Below are positions 41,776 through 54,417 of a stretch of DNA of 64,000 nt, one piece after another. Positions within the stretch are counted from its first letter, which is position 1; the number at the start of each line of letters is the position of its first letter. The notes under the pieces are model-generated. The model had not been told where the DNA came from and ran no database searches. It worked only from the letters and a program-made list of their open reading frames with translations. A program made the position numbers and the translations under genes. The stretch is from Mizuhopecten yessoensis (taxonomy: Eukaryota), in contig NW_018405922.1 of assembly GCF_002113885.1 (NCBI RefSeq), positions 218,477 through 282,476 on the forward strand, given 5' to 3'.

Positions 41776-42045
41776 TGTGTTACTGCTGTATAATACTTAT
41801 TGTGATGTGTTACTGCTGTATAATACTTATTGTGATGTGTTACTGCTGTATAATACTTATTGTGATGTGTTACTGCTGTATAATACTTATTGTGATGTGT
41901 TACTGCTGTATAATACTTATTGTGATGTGTTACTGCTGTATAATACTTATTGTGATGTGTTACTGCTGTATAATACTTATTGTGATGTGTTACTGCTGTA
42001 TAATACTTATTGTGATGTGTTACTGCTGTATAATACTTATTGTGA
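41776..42045 (+). repeat. 30-bp tandem repeat, 9 identical copies, within a degenerate array (about 41690-42255)
   Basis: TGTGTTACTGCTGTATAATACTTATTGTGA x9. Confidence 0.97.
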
Positions 42046-42396
42046 TGTATCAGTGGTGTATAATACCATTTTTTCACATCAGTCCTGTGTTATATTGTGA
42101 CAAATGAGTGCACTACTATATTGGTTTGGTACATCAGTGTTGTATAATACTTATTGTGATGTATCAGTGGTGTATAATACCAATTTTTTCACATCAGTCC
42201 TGTGTTATACTTGTGACAAACCAGTGCACTACTATATTGGTTTGGTACATCAGCGTCAGAGCTTAGTGTAAGGTGCAGGCGGTCACTTATCCAACTATTG
42301 ACCACGCTCGACGTTGCCTACCTAGTGAGCGGGTCCCCGGGTTATACCGCATCACTGGAAAAGATAGTTTGCAAGTAAAGCAGTATTTCCCCCTCA

Positions 42397-42572
42397 TATT
42401 CCGTCTTTGCGTATTGCAGAGTTATCTTCTCTTGTGAGCATGTATTGATTGTTACGTCATTGGTTTGTGAATGTAACGTCAACAATTTTTGAGAAAACGA
42501 CGTTATTTTCTCACACAAACCAATGACGTAACAATCAATACCAGCTCACAGGAGAAGATAACTATGCAATAC
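42397..42572. mobile_element. Palindromic MITE family A copy
   Basis: Same TIRs as the 29739 copy; right end truncated. Confidence 0.8.
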
Positions 42573-45500
42573 CGCAGCTGTTACACTTAGTGTACTAATA
42601 GTGACACGTTGGTACTGTAATCTATACAGGATTACCTTTCAGCAATAGTAGTTACTACCGTGTTGGTGGCACTGATGTATTGTGTTATTTAATATTGTTT
42701 CCTTTTATGACACAAACGTTACAAAAACCGATGTGGTTACAATGGATAGGGCACCGTTTACTACCGCTGTTTGATATAAGGGAGATAAATCTTGTATGTT
42801 CTGTACGAAACCAGTTTTGTGGCTACTTGGCAAAGGATTGACCTTTAACATTCCAACATATCACTATAATAGATATCCTGTTGACGTCATTACCTGTTGA
42901 TTCGGTCTGGTTTAAACATGCCATTTCTGCGCAAATCCCATGTCACCTATACACTTGTTTGAGATTAAACGGGAGAAATCTTTAAGCAACACATTTTCAA
43001 CAAAATATTTCTTATGGTTATTTCAGTCTGCATAGACGTTGGTAAGCCAATCAACAAAAATGTTTACTTGCTGTTTTTATCATTTTAATTAGGCTATGTC
43101 TGTTCTATATCTATTCAATGCTTTTCAAAAACTTTGTAGATAACAGCATTTGAAAAATGTTAGTTTATTTTACATGTAAATGTTATACATTTACTTGATA
43201 TGTTATAAAGCATACGATAACATTCCACAGTGAGACTTTATCACTATAAATCAGTTTCACATACGATCTCGTTGACGTAGTGTTCTGTAGAAGACAAGTG
43301 TGTTTGTATGGTGTTGTTTACGATGTAACATTTACACGTTTTCAATGAAATCAATAGCTATTATGAATGACATTGCATATCATATACTGCAAACGTGGAC
43401 ATTTTGGAGGTGTGGAAATATTCCCGTTTTCCGCGTGGAGTTAATTAAAGCACGCGAATATAGGTTTAAAGATTACGTATTATAGATTTTAGAAAGTGAA
43501 AAAAAAATCAGAAAGCGAATAAAAATATATAGATTTCAGTAAGAAAATAAATATTAAAATATTATACATATGGTAAATATGTAGAATACATTTATTTCAT
43601 AACCATTTTCAACGCGAAATTGTTCCCACCGCAATCAGTTTGATAAGTCTTCAAGCGAATATTACCACACGCGAGAAATTCCACTTTTTCAGTATATACC
43701 AGAATCACTGTGTCAAATTAATTACACATTGTACTGTGGATTCATGATGATGTTATTATGTTTGTTCAGAATTAAAATATTTTAAAATAAACACTGTGCT
43801 TTTGTTTGATTGTGCTTCACGTCTTATTAACATAGAGTTACAATTATATGATGAAGTGCCCCCTGTATGAAATTTGAAATGAATACATCATAATCCAATA
43901 TGCTCCAAAATCAAATATGTCGAGAATCCCATAGAAATCGGTCAGCGCAATGCAGAGACATACATGTTATATTTTTATACACTGTATAAAAATCAAAACT
44001 GTATTTTTTTTAAAGAAAATTGTACAAATGATTTTGCTCTGAACATTATGCTATTTTATGCTTTTATACACTGTTCACTTGTCCTTATACTACTAATAAG
44101 CATGATCGTAAATTCCGGTGAATGAGACGTTTGTTTGACAGTAACGTCACAAGTTCAACTACTGAAGCAGCCACCATGGAAAGATTAGACCAGAGCGAGA
44201 ATGGATATAGATTGCCAGATTGCGAATGAACATGAGCTTTTAGGAAGCAGATCATGTTTAAAATGGCGTCATGTAAATGGCATCCAGGAATATCAAATTT
44301 GTCAGAACTGTCAGACAATGTGTTGAATGGAAACTAAAGGTAAGGTTTGCGCTCTTCCTGAATTTTTATCATTATAATAATGTAGTAATGTGTCATATTT
44401 ATTTGTTCATTTGGGGAACCTCTATCATTTCATGGCATTTTAAAGAAAATCGTCCGTCCCGTTTTTATGAAAGAACAGTTCAAGATCTTTGGTTGTTTTA
44501 TCACAATGTACTTATTTAACTAATTTTAACGAAAAAAATATATAATATTTGAACTATTTTTTTTAAGAAAATTGTACAAATGATTATGATCTAAACATAA
44601 TCGATAAAATTTGCTTGAAAAGTTAAGAAAATATCACGAAAACACAAGATTTTAACATTTCATTGCCAAAATAGAGACGTTGCCATGGCAACAAAACGAT
44701 GAAAATGTCCAACGATTCAAGAAAAATTGAGAACTCATAGATTTTAATATTTCCGTTATATTAAAATAAAAATAAATCATATGTCCCGGATCTCGTTTTC
44801 ATGGAAACGTATTCCATGTATAATGAAGTCGGCAAACATCGGCCAACATCGGGAAACTTCGTAATGTTGGAATTCCCCCTAATCTTGACGTCATTTTCGG
44901 TATGAGTTACCGCCCGTTGGGGAAACCCCGATTGTAAACCAAATGGCGACTATTGGTTATTTGCGCGGCCGTTTAAAGAAAATCTCGTCAAAATAAGGTA
45001 TATCAGGGGCGGGTCCCGGTGAGGGCGTAATGGAAGCTAGGTAGACATTCAGAACGTCCTTGGTGGAAAGATTGGTATCAGTTCGTTTCGTCCTAAATAC
45101 CGTTCGCCATGGGTCGTTCCGCACCAAGTTGTTTCGCCTTAAAAATGATTTTAGGGTGAAGTGTTTTGTCCTGTTTAGTTGTGTATGGCTAATTTGATAT
45201 GATTTGAAGTTTTTCTATGTCTCCCTTACCATTTTTTTGCAATAAGACTTGTTAGATTTCTACGTGGTTGACCAAAATCGACAAAACACACGCGGGCTAC
45301 AATATCATAATTTTTCGAAATTTACATAGAAAGATATTGATGTATTCATATATTTGTATTGTTAGATGATGTATCAAGACAATCATTGTACTTTGAGCAC
45401 ATTACTTTGGATTATTTGATGTCAAGACAACTTACTGAGACACTTCAACTATCGAAAATGGACAAAATTGATCAAACCTGAGGGGAGGGGGTGTCGTAAC

Positions 45501-47869
45501 TAGACATTTTTTTCCAAATTCAGAGGGTAAAAATTTGATTTATTACGTTTTTTGAATTGTTAAGAGATTTTGCAAGAAAATGAATTTGGTTTTTCATTTA
45601 TATCTGATATAATTTGTTGTACAAATATTTTTTTCTACCATTTACCATGAAAAATGAAGTACAAACAATTGAATTTTACGGCAATATTGAATATGACTAA
45701 ATGCAATTTTTATTTTTTGGTATTTCTGGAAAGAGTTATTTTTTCATATTTGTATCCTGCAATGTTTGACCAATTTGTATAAAAGTAAATGGTTTGCAAA
45801 AAGTGAATAAAATCATAACTGTCTGCATATATAATTTTTAGGATTTTTTCATTTTATTGGACTTTGAACAGAAAGCGGCCCAGTGGAGTGCACTTATAAA
45901 AAGCATTAAAACTGGGAAAATATGCGGTAAAAGTTCATAAAAATTTGGGAAATACAAATATATTTATTTTTCATTCCAAAAAAATGTGTATTATAGGTGT
46001 GGTCTTCTATTGTTGGCTCATCAACCGGTGACTTACCAATGGATTGCTTTCAATTGTTTTAGAAAAGGTTTTTAAGTTGACATTTTCCTTTTTTAGATGT
46101 TGACATTTTGCAGACGATCGACGATCAGTATCAGAATGTTTGCAAATTATGTTTGCAACAACACCGTAACTTTCGCTTATTTCAAACGCTCAAATGGATC
46201 GGAGAATTTCACGACTTAAACTCGAGTTATCTCCCTGTGACCGCAAACCTAACCTTGATTGACGACTCTGAAGAGGGTAGCACAGACTGGTAGCACTGCA
46301 TGGCCATTTTCTGAGCACTTAAACTAGACATTTGCCGTATAAACAAACTAAAGGGACTTATAAGCAGTTCACTCTATTTTTTTGACAAACAATGCTAATG
46401 CTTTGATTTTGACTAGAACGTCAGTCTTCAATCACTTGGTTTATTCCACAATGAGAAGTTATTCGATACCGGCGCCATTTTGTGACCATTTTGTGACCAG
46501 TTCTGCATACAGTTGTACAACAACGGTCCACAGATACGGAAATATTTTACTACAAAATGTATACAAAACTATCCAAACTTAACGTCTGCTTTATTTTCAC
46601 GACAATAAAATATTTTGCATATTTTAAATATCTAATCTTACCAAGCGTATAATCACATTTTGATGACAATTTGCCTTCCTTAGGCTAGGTCAAAGAATAA
46701 ACAATAAAATGCCGACAAATAGTTATACATATGATATTTTGCAGCACTTATATACCGTATTTAATTATATTTATCTTGAAAATGTAATTGAATTATTAAC
46801 TTGTTCTTCCTATAAATAAGTTCATATAAGTAACATCTTTGGTTCAATTAAAAAACCCATCTCAACTCCTTCAGCGTGATTAGGTGTGAAATTTGTATAT
46901 TATTATTTCCTTTATTTCCTCCAGAAAATACACAAAACGGCTTGTTCTCGATTTCCCCACTTTTTAAGAAAACAAGGAATGATATTAGAAGGATTATAGC
47001 CTGTTTCTGGGTAGTATTGGCAATATTAACCTGTATTTCACTGTGTTTTCCCCTGTGTAGAATTGTTCCATGTAAAGTTTTATAGCTAAAGGCTGATAAT
47101 GTAAGATATCAAATGAGATATAAACCAGGATTATGATAAGCAGATGACCTGATACGTAAACTCGATAAGCTGACGATGACGTCCTGGTTTGAGGGATGGC
47201 CGTGCCGCTGATAAAATTCTAACTACGCATTGGAAAACCTTGTATCTGACATTACTATAACTTTGATAAATCACTTCTGAAAAAAGAAAACCACACCCTG
47301 CAGATATTCACCACAAATATATATATATAAAAAAAACCCAAAAAAACCCACAGTGTTCTAAGTGTAAAATGTAAAGGAAATGTTTGCACAGAGACCATTG
47401 ACAAAGAACATGGATGATAAGTTCAGGTGTTCCGGGAGGGCCTTCGACGACGAATCCAAGTAATAGTATCGGGATAATTCGCAACAACGTCACAAGGCGC
47501 ACTAACGAGAATAAGTTAAAACGTCAATACACAAATGGATAATATTCCAACATTATAATAATAGCGACCATTAAGCTTGCGTATAGTTTTAATCAATTTT
47601 TACCATCACTCGTACAGGACATATTTATACCAAACATTGATTACTAGTTTCCTTATATGTAGAATGAAAAGAGTAACAATTGATAACGAGATTTATTTAT
47701 TTGAGAAGTCAGACGTGGAACTCGACGTGGCAAACCAGGACACACTACAGTACTACGGAGTCCTTTGTGTACTGAACTTTCGCAGAACGCCGTCGTTAAA
47801 GACCAAAGACACTCCTGTATCTCTTGTTATCTTTGGTGAAGCGCGCTGACTACTATTCCTATTTTTCTC

Positions 47870-47873
47870 ATGG
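47870..47873 (+). CDS. Exon 1 coding part (ATG G) of the LU-IgGFc gene
   Basis: ctcATGG|gttagt donor; phase 1 joins the signal-peptide exon to give MGAYTIF... Confidence 0.5.
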
Positions 47874-48252
47874 GTTAGTATGCTTTATAATATCATCATA
47901 TTTAACGTATGTTAAGTGTTTTAAGAGTTTTATCATCAAAGATTTACTACTTACTTATGCTCTACATATCTAACCATATTGTGTTCACTTATCGTTTAAT
48001 ATATATCAATCAATAATGACTCGTTTTTTCAATGAACGTAAATATACCGATCCGTGTTTACAATTATGATGTGAGTTCGAATATTCAGTCTTAATCATCA
48101 AAACTCCGTAAGTCGTGCACCAGAATGTGCCCTTACGAGTATGTCAAACTTTAATTGCTGTTCAGATCTGATAAGCATACACACATCTGATAAAATCTTC
48201 AATGTAAATGTATTGTGATATATGAAGTATATGATAAAATATCATTGTTCAG

Positions 48253-48303
48253 GTGCTTACACTATTTTCGTCACCTTCCTGGTCTTCCTGGTTATAATTC
48301 AAT
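48253..48303 (+). CDS. Exon 2, signal peptide core (GAYTIFVTFLVFLVIIQ)
   Basis: Acceptor cattgttcag, donor |gtaagt, phase 1-1; hydrophobic stretch continues into YITA-LRC. Confidence 0.7.
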
Positions 48304-48506
48304 GTAAGTAGACTTTCCGTTATCATTTCACAATGTTTCACAGTACCATTAATGTCAGATATTTCAAGACCCTTGTGTTTATCGTCCTTTGCTTACTTCA
48401 ATGCGTCTTTTTTGTTGGTCCCCGTTATAAAGCTTGTCGATATCGTCCATCTTACAGTACGTACGTCACACCAGTCATAATGTTTGTACTACATATCAGA
48501 TGTTCA

Positions 48507-49095
48507 CCCCTGCAGGTAAAGGACAGAAAAAAGAATACACCTGCGGTTACCAACTACATGTAGCTTAAGAGGTGACTTATGCGAGGATCCACCTGCATAA
48601 TTGGGGATTGGCTTTTGTGCCCTCCACTAGGGGACACGAATGTGACCAAAATAATCTGCTGCACCATTTGCAATAATTGGGATCTTTATATTTCTTTCAA
48701 CTTTTAATTTCCTAGCGCCTTCCTTGGCAACACTTCATTTTTGGCTTTGATATTGAGCGTTCGCTCAGGTGAGGAAGGCAATTGGTTCTATCCCCAAAAC
48801 CGGGACATACCAAAGTTCGTTAAATGGTAGTTGCTAGTTCTCTGCTTAACGTGCAGCATTTAGTGGAATGGCAACAACTGGTTCACCCGTTTCAGTATAA
48901 CGCGACAGGATGGAATGTTGTGCTGGGTACCTTCGGTATGGTATTTTAGTGAGATGGAACTATAAAGGCGTCATCAGATCCGCGCTATCACACAAGGAGG
49001 CAAAAACACCAACTCATCCTGTCTCCGGCACACTTATACACATGCATGCATACACAACACACAACGAGACATGTCCTTAAATGTCCTTACCTTAA
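48507..49095 (+). mobile_element. Composite SINE family B copy
   Basis: cccctgcaggt leader, B-box-like ggttctatccc (48784), central core, gtccttaaatg tail. Confidence 0.8.
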
Positions 49096-49694
49096 ACATC
49101 TTTGTCCTGACACCTTCTCCTCTTAACTAATAGGACAATTTTAGCGAAACTGGTTCATCTCGGCTAACAAAACTTGGTATGTAAGTATGTTTTCGCATGG
49201 GGAGGGAGTACAGGAAGTATATCAGTGACCTGTATACTTAAATAAGTGTACAGCTCGGTCAACAAAGAAATAATTACTGGTGGGATACTTTGGAATGCTT
49301 TGCAATGCTTTGCATGTGTAAGGCTTTAGCTCAAAGTTCTGTGTTATATAGGAGCGGGGGTATTAGTTAGCATTTGGCTTACAGTTATAGTTTTTTTTTA
49401 TCTTGTGTATCAGTAAAATTTACGTATACATTTTGTATTTATAGTTCCGTGATGTAATACTTTATACCGGGAAATGTTCGCCGCTGTTCAACTTCTGTTT
49501 TTACACCGTAAGTAGGGAAGAATATATAATCGCAGCCAATATAAGTACGCAATATAACGTGTAAAGTAATCGCATAAACGTGATGGGATAAATTAACACG
49601 GGGCTAATTTTGATTTTATCTGTGAAGGACGAAAGTTTCCAGGTATACATTATGTAGACGCGACTGTTCCTACACAGCGATCGGATTAGTTAGG

Positions 49695-50125
49695 GTCGAT
49701 TTGGTTAAGCGTCCCATAAACAGCTCATGTCATCTAAGGACGTGTCGTCATGTAGGTCATATATGCGTGGGTGTTAGAGGCGGTTTATTGGTGTATTTAC
49801 CTTCTTACGATTGCGCGGATCTGTTGCCGCATTTGAGTGCAACCTTGCTTAATTATCAAAACAGTATACATACCGATCACAGTATGCTGGCAAAGGATTT
49901 ACTTGTTGTTGTGCTAAACGTTGATAACTAACGTTTAGAAAGGAATATCATCGAGGGGCTGTGTTCTGCACTTGAACATTACATAAAGCCTTCCCCACTT
50001 AGGCGAACGTTCAACACTGAGGCCAATAGTGCGGCACTGCCAAGCAAGACGGAATGAGTGCAGCACATTTATTTTGGTCGTTAGATGGTTCCCACATAAG
50101 TCGCCTCTTACGATATATGCAGTGA
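49695..50125 (-). mobile_element. Degenerate composite SINE family B copy
   Basis: aagtcgcctcttacga, taggcgaacgttcaac and cgtcccataaacagct are reverse complements of family motifs. Confidence 0.6.
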
Positions 50126-50255
50126 GTAACAGCTGGTCATTCTTTTTTGTATTCTCTGACAATCTGTAGTGTATTGTCCATCGATCAATATTCATTATTA
50201 TAATATTATTTTGTACATTTGCATATGTAAAATCAAATCAAAGGTTCTTTGACAG

Positions 50256-50341
50256 ATATCACCGCCCTACGATGTTTAAGTTGTAATGGTTTCATACAAC
50301 CACATCAGTGTTCTAATATCGAACTCTGCCCTGAAGGAGAC
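50256..50341 (+). CDS. Exon 3, LU-like domain 1a (YITALRCLSCNGFIQPHQCSNIELCPEGD)
   Basis: ttctttgacag acceptor, |gtaagt donor, phase 1-0; LxCxxC start typical of three-finger domains. Confidence 0.85.
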
Positions 50342-50920
50342 GTAAGTAGGCCATTAAATACAGTTATCTTTGTGGGAAAAAACGAGGTTTAATGTCAAAT
50401 ATTAACAAAAAGGTTACGGAGACCACGAAGGGACATATGAATACATTTACTAATCCGTGTGTACGAGTTACCAACCCGTGCGCATGACATTCCAATACAT
50501 GTATACGAATTACTAATCCGTATGCACGAGTTATCTTATCTCTTATCGTGGCTCTGTAATTATAGTTGAGATTTAAATAGTGTGTTCGGTAATATATCAG
50601 AGAAAAGGTCACAAATGGTCATTTTAAAATAGGATTTACGTAGAAAAATCGAATTGTACACGTATAACTGCCTGTAGTTGTTTCCGTGAGTTAGGTCTTT
50701 AAAACAACTTATTCTCTATGACGGTGATATTTATTAACAATTAATCACCCTAGGAGCATTTTGCATAGGGTGTCTTTAATGAAGTAAGGACATCGGATTT
50801 ACGGGGGTCTTGTCCGTAACCTCAATTTAAAAACAAACAAGAAAAATATCTGTATATGAACCAAGTCATATTTAAATCAGTTAAAATTCATAGATGTAAG
50901 AATATGCGTTTTATATCCAG

Positions 50921-50992
50921 GTATGCATAACTGAGTCCTACCGAAGCGAGAATGGTGAAACCATGTTTTACGTTGGGTGTGCGTCTGCAAAG
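50921..50992 (+). CDS. Exon 4, LU-like domain 1b (VCITESYRSENGETMFYVGCASAK)
   Basis: ttttatatccag acceptor, AAG|gtataa donor, phase 0-0. Confidence 0.85.
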
Positions 50993-51242
50993 GTATAAAT
51001 AACCGTAAATATGGTGACTTTTAATAGGATGGTTCATAACCTATCCAAGCGGATGAATCATGTTCTATGAGTAACACATTTAACATCATCAGGTAAATAT
51101 CGCTTCATTAATATGAAACTAAATCACTTTTTGCGCGGTCTTGTTGATTTGTGACAGAACGCCATAAAAAGTACAGCACTTTTCCCCTTAGACCCGCTCA
51201 CTTGTTCAGCAATGCTGAGCGTATCCAGTGGCTGGCTGGATG

Positions 51243-51823
51243 TCCCTGCAGGTGGGGCGTAAGAATTGTACCTGCTGCCCCCATTGCATGATTGTAAAAG
51301 GCGACTTAATTTGTGATCTTATCTTTTCTCTTTATTCTAAACAACTTTCTTCTTCCTAATGTCTTCCTTGACAATGCCTCACTTTTGGCCTTCCATAAAT
51401 GACCATAGCTGTTGGTAGGACGTTAAACAATACTAAATAAAACCGTTAGTTTAGTGTTCGCCCCTTTGAGGAAGGTTTTGGGTTATGTTCCCTGGCTGAA
51501 ACATACCGGAGTCTGTAAAAATGGTAGTTTTTACTCCTGCTTAGCGCTGATCAATTTAGGAGTGAGACGACTGGTTCATCCGTTTTCAGTATAATGTGAC
51601 CGGGTGGGGTGTCCTGCTGGGTGTCTTTGGCAGTATGTTTCAGTGCGGTAGCACTATAAAGTCGGCATCAGTTCCGCGCTATCACAAGGAGACAAACACT
51701 AACATATCGCAGCGTTCCAAAACACACACACATACACTTCACGCATGCATCTTGCACATAAGGGAGGCCGTCCTTAAATGACCATAGCGGTTGATAGGAC
51801 TTTAAACTGAACCAACTAAACCA
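51243..51823 (+). mobile_element. Composite SINE family B copy with a 16-bp target-site duplication
   Basis: TSD agtggctgg(c/a)tggatg at 51227-51242 and 51824-51839. Confidence 0.88.
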
Positions 51824-52113
51824 AGTGGCTGGATGGATGGCCGCCTGTACGTTAGTAATGGATGCAGTGTCGTGACTATGTAGTACCATGTAACTATGTA
51901 AGGCCAGTTCCCGGTGGTTAGGGAAGGTGCATTGGTTTTCCTATCAAATGCCTGTAAAATCCTTTTAATTTAAATCAATTCGATGATGAATTTGAGATCT
52001 TTTGCTTTTTAATATTTTGTAGTTTATATGATGTATTTCATGTTTAATATTAAACGTTTTACTTGAACACTCATATATAAATCATTAAGGTTTTTTTTTA
52101 TTTGTTCATCAAG

Positions 52114-52249
52114 AGATGTGCATTGACCAGCGGTCATAAACGCTTCGCTGACATCCTTCGGACAGATAACATCGGAACTCCTCCGCATCGTATATGTACT
52201 GAGTGCTGCCACAGTGACCTTTGTAATTCTGCGGGTTGTCGAATGGGCG
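52114..52249 (+). CDS. Exon 5, LU-like domain 1c (RCALTSGHKRFADILRTDNIGTPPHRICTECCHSDLCNSAGCRMG)
   Basis: T-rich tract and aag acceptor, G|gttagt donor, phase 0-1; CCxxDLCN motif. Confidence 0.85.
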
Positions 52250-52809
52250 GTTAGTCAAAATTTGGTACAGACATTAGCTAGGGCCCCTTCCACGTATCCG
52301 GTTCAACTGATCTGTCTGTTTTTAAATGTTCCTTTTTCGGGTATAAATCCTGGCGGACCTGCAACTGTTTATTCAGGCCTTGCAAGAACAGCATCTGATT
52401 TCTTGGTCCGAACAATTTTGTTCTTCAACTAACAACTCTTGTCCAACTGGTTCAATCGTTGCATCGCGATAACCGAATGCAGCTTAGGGAGAGCCGTTAT
52501 ATGGGCGAAATTCCATACTGTGATTTTGTCGCTTGGTTATAAATTGTGCATTATGGACATGAAGACCTACATTGTTATAGTCTGGTTTGTAGTACTTAGA
52601 CGATTACTCCTATTGTGGTACAGAAGCTTTATATCAGTGCTAATATTGGTTTGCATTTATCACCTGCGATAAGAAGCGACCGCATCAAATCAGACTTATA
52701 AGAAAATTAAGTTTATATCTACGTTCATGGGACCAAACTCTATTAAACGAACGAACGAAGCGCTTTAATCCTTTTTAATTACGTGTTATATTCGTCCATC
52801 TTTAAATAG

Positions 52810-52904
52810 GATTTCCAACACAAAGAGGACCGGTATGTTTAGATTGTCCACAATCACGTGACCTTGCTGATTGTGATGCCATCTCCATTTGTCAACAAAG
52901 CGAG
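52810..52904 (+). CDS. Exon 6, LU-like domain 2a (GFPTQRGPVCLDCPQSRDLADCDAISICQQSE)
   Basis: tttaaatag acceptor, GAG|gtaagg donor, phase 1-0; same Cys spacing as exon 3. Confidence 0.85.
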
Positions 52905-53160
52905 GTAAGGATATTGATTCCAATCAATTATAGTGGTACAAATAAAACAGGAAAATACGGAAGTGTCATCAAAACTACACTTCCAGTAGAAAATTGATAA
53001 AATATGGTCAAAATATGAACAAAGGAAAGATTAACATTGATACCAATGAAAAGGAAGCAAAAGGAGAAACAAATGAGGTGTTCCAGAAGTGAAAGAGTAT
53101 TATGTAACATATCACATGTTCAATATACAAGAAGTCAAATAACCATGGTCCAATGGGAGA

Positions 53161-53378
53161 GGCCTGCTGGGTGTTTTCGGCAGTATGTTTCAGTGCGGTA
53201 GCACTATAAAGTCGGCATCAGTTCCGCTTTATAACAAGGAGACAAACACTAACATATCGCAGCCTCCCGAAACACACACGCATACACTACTCGCATGCAT
53301 CTTGCACACAGGGAGGCCCTCCTTAAATGACCCTAGTTGTTGATAGGACGTTAAACATTACTGAACCATACCAAACCT
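53161..53378 (+). mobile_element. 5'-truncated SINE family B copy with an 8-bp TSD
   Basis: Near-identical to 51612-51810; atgggaga at 53153 and 53379. Confidence 0.85.
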
Positions 53379-53500
53379 ATGGGAGATCAACCAAAACCAA
53401 ACAGCAGGAAGAACTCCCCGATATAGAGCTGTCAAACCAGTTGTTATTAGTGCAATGGCAACCAATGATATGCCTGTCAATTTTAAATATTTTATTTAAG

Positions 53501-53569
53501 GTATGTTACGTTGAGGAAATGTTTGAGTTCGGCGATATATTCTACAAAACAAGCTGCCTACCGAATACA
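53501..53569 (+). CDS. Exon 7, LU-like domain 2b (VCYVEEMFEFGDIFYKTSCLPNT)
   Basis: tttatttaag acceptor, |gtgagt donor, phase 0-0; parallels exon 4. Confidence 0.85.
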
Positions 53570-53844
53570 GTGAGTGCCATTATATTTACGAAATGGTTGT
53601 TTGTATAGATTACATATATGTCTCCTAAGTGTACTTTACAACATAACTTCAGTTCATAAAGTAATTGTTGTTGATAATGAACAAACAGCTCCAGTTTTTT
53701 TTATTCCTTATTGTACTTTTCAGAGATGATTGCATTCGCGCGTTTGTAAAGCCTCTCGTATCATGTCTAGGTTTTGTTGAAGCAGCATAAACAATAGAGT
53801 AACATTCTTTAAGGTTTGTTCTTTACTGTTTGATGAAGGACCAG

Positions 53845-53947
53845 CGATGTGTTCCTCCTACATATAACCCGGTGGAGGTTGGCAAGCGGTCACATCAACT
53901 TGGAACCTGCTTCTCCTGCTGCCCATATGACCTCTGTAACAGCAAAT
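53845..53947 (+). CDS. Exon 8, LU-like domain 2c (RCVPPTYNPVEVGKRSHQLGTCFSCCPYDLCNSK)
   Basis: CCxxDLCN motif, phase 0-1. Acceptor either cag 53844 or aag 53838 (both in frame); donor gtaaaa is weak. Confidence 0.75.
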
Positions 53948-54417
53948 GTAAAATGATAATTGCTTTTTAATGACAATATTATTAATGTAGCTACCCATAT
54001 ATGTTAAACAAACAAACATCAGATTCATTGTTCAAACATATTCTAATTATCAATATCAATCAAAGGAAATTGGTTCAAGTTCTTACATTTTATTATCCTC
54101 TCAAACACATTGAATACGGTTCGACAAAATGGGAAATTTATCATAAGTTTTATTCCATTTGTAGTAGTGATTCCATCAAGTAAATATCAGTGACATCATT
54201 CTCACTTCATCCTTGTTCAAATTATCGGTTGATATATATTTAGAAAATTACTTACTAAGATATCGGTAAAAATCCCAGGAATTAAGCATGGTCGGTGTCC
54301 TTTATATAATTTTTGTTTTCTTCAGTTAATGCGAAGCCAAAATAAGAAATAATATCATATCTATATATTTATATTAATTCGACCAGAGTCGTATCTTTAA
54401 CATTTACATTTTACCAG

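Larger units (their letters stand above)
41366..47055 (+). repeat. Segmental duplication, copy 1 (long form)
   Basis: Blocks 41366-41452, 42118-42362, 43235-44913 and 46939-47055 are collinear with 60821-62895. Confidence 0.85.

Noticed and set aside
41691-42107. 10-aa repeat ORFs and a CRISPR-like appearance
   Set aside because: Head-to-tail identical 30-mers with no unique spacers in a eukaryotic context; a minisatellite.
44170-44346. GCCACCATGG Kozak context plus AAG|gtaagg donor, duplicated at 61930-62106
   Set aside because: The frame stops after 17 codons, and the alternative frame is interrupted in the second copy; no product can be supported.
53724-53844. Strong acceptor tgtacttttcag at 53723 as the start of exon 8
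   Set aside because: Phase-0 reading gives AGA TGA, an immediate stop; the downstream acceptor preserves the Cys pattern.
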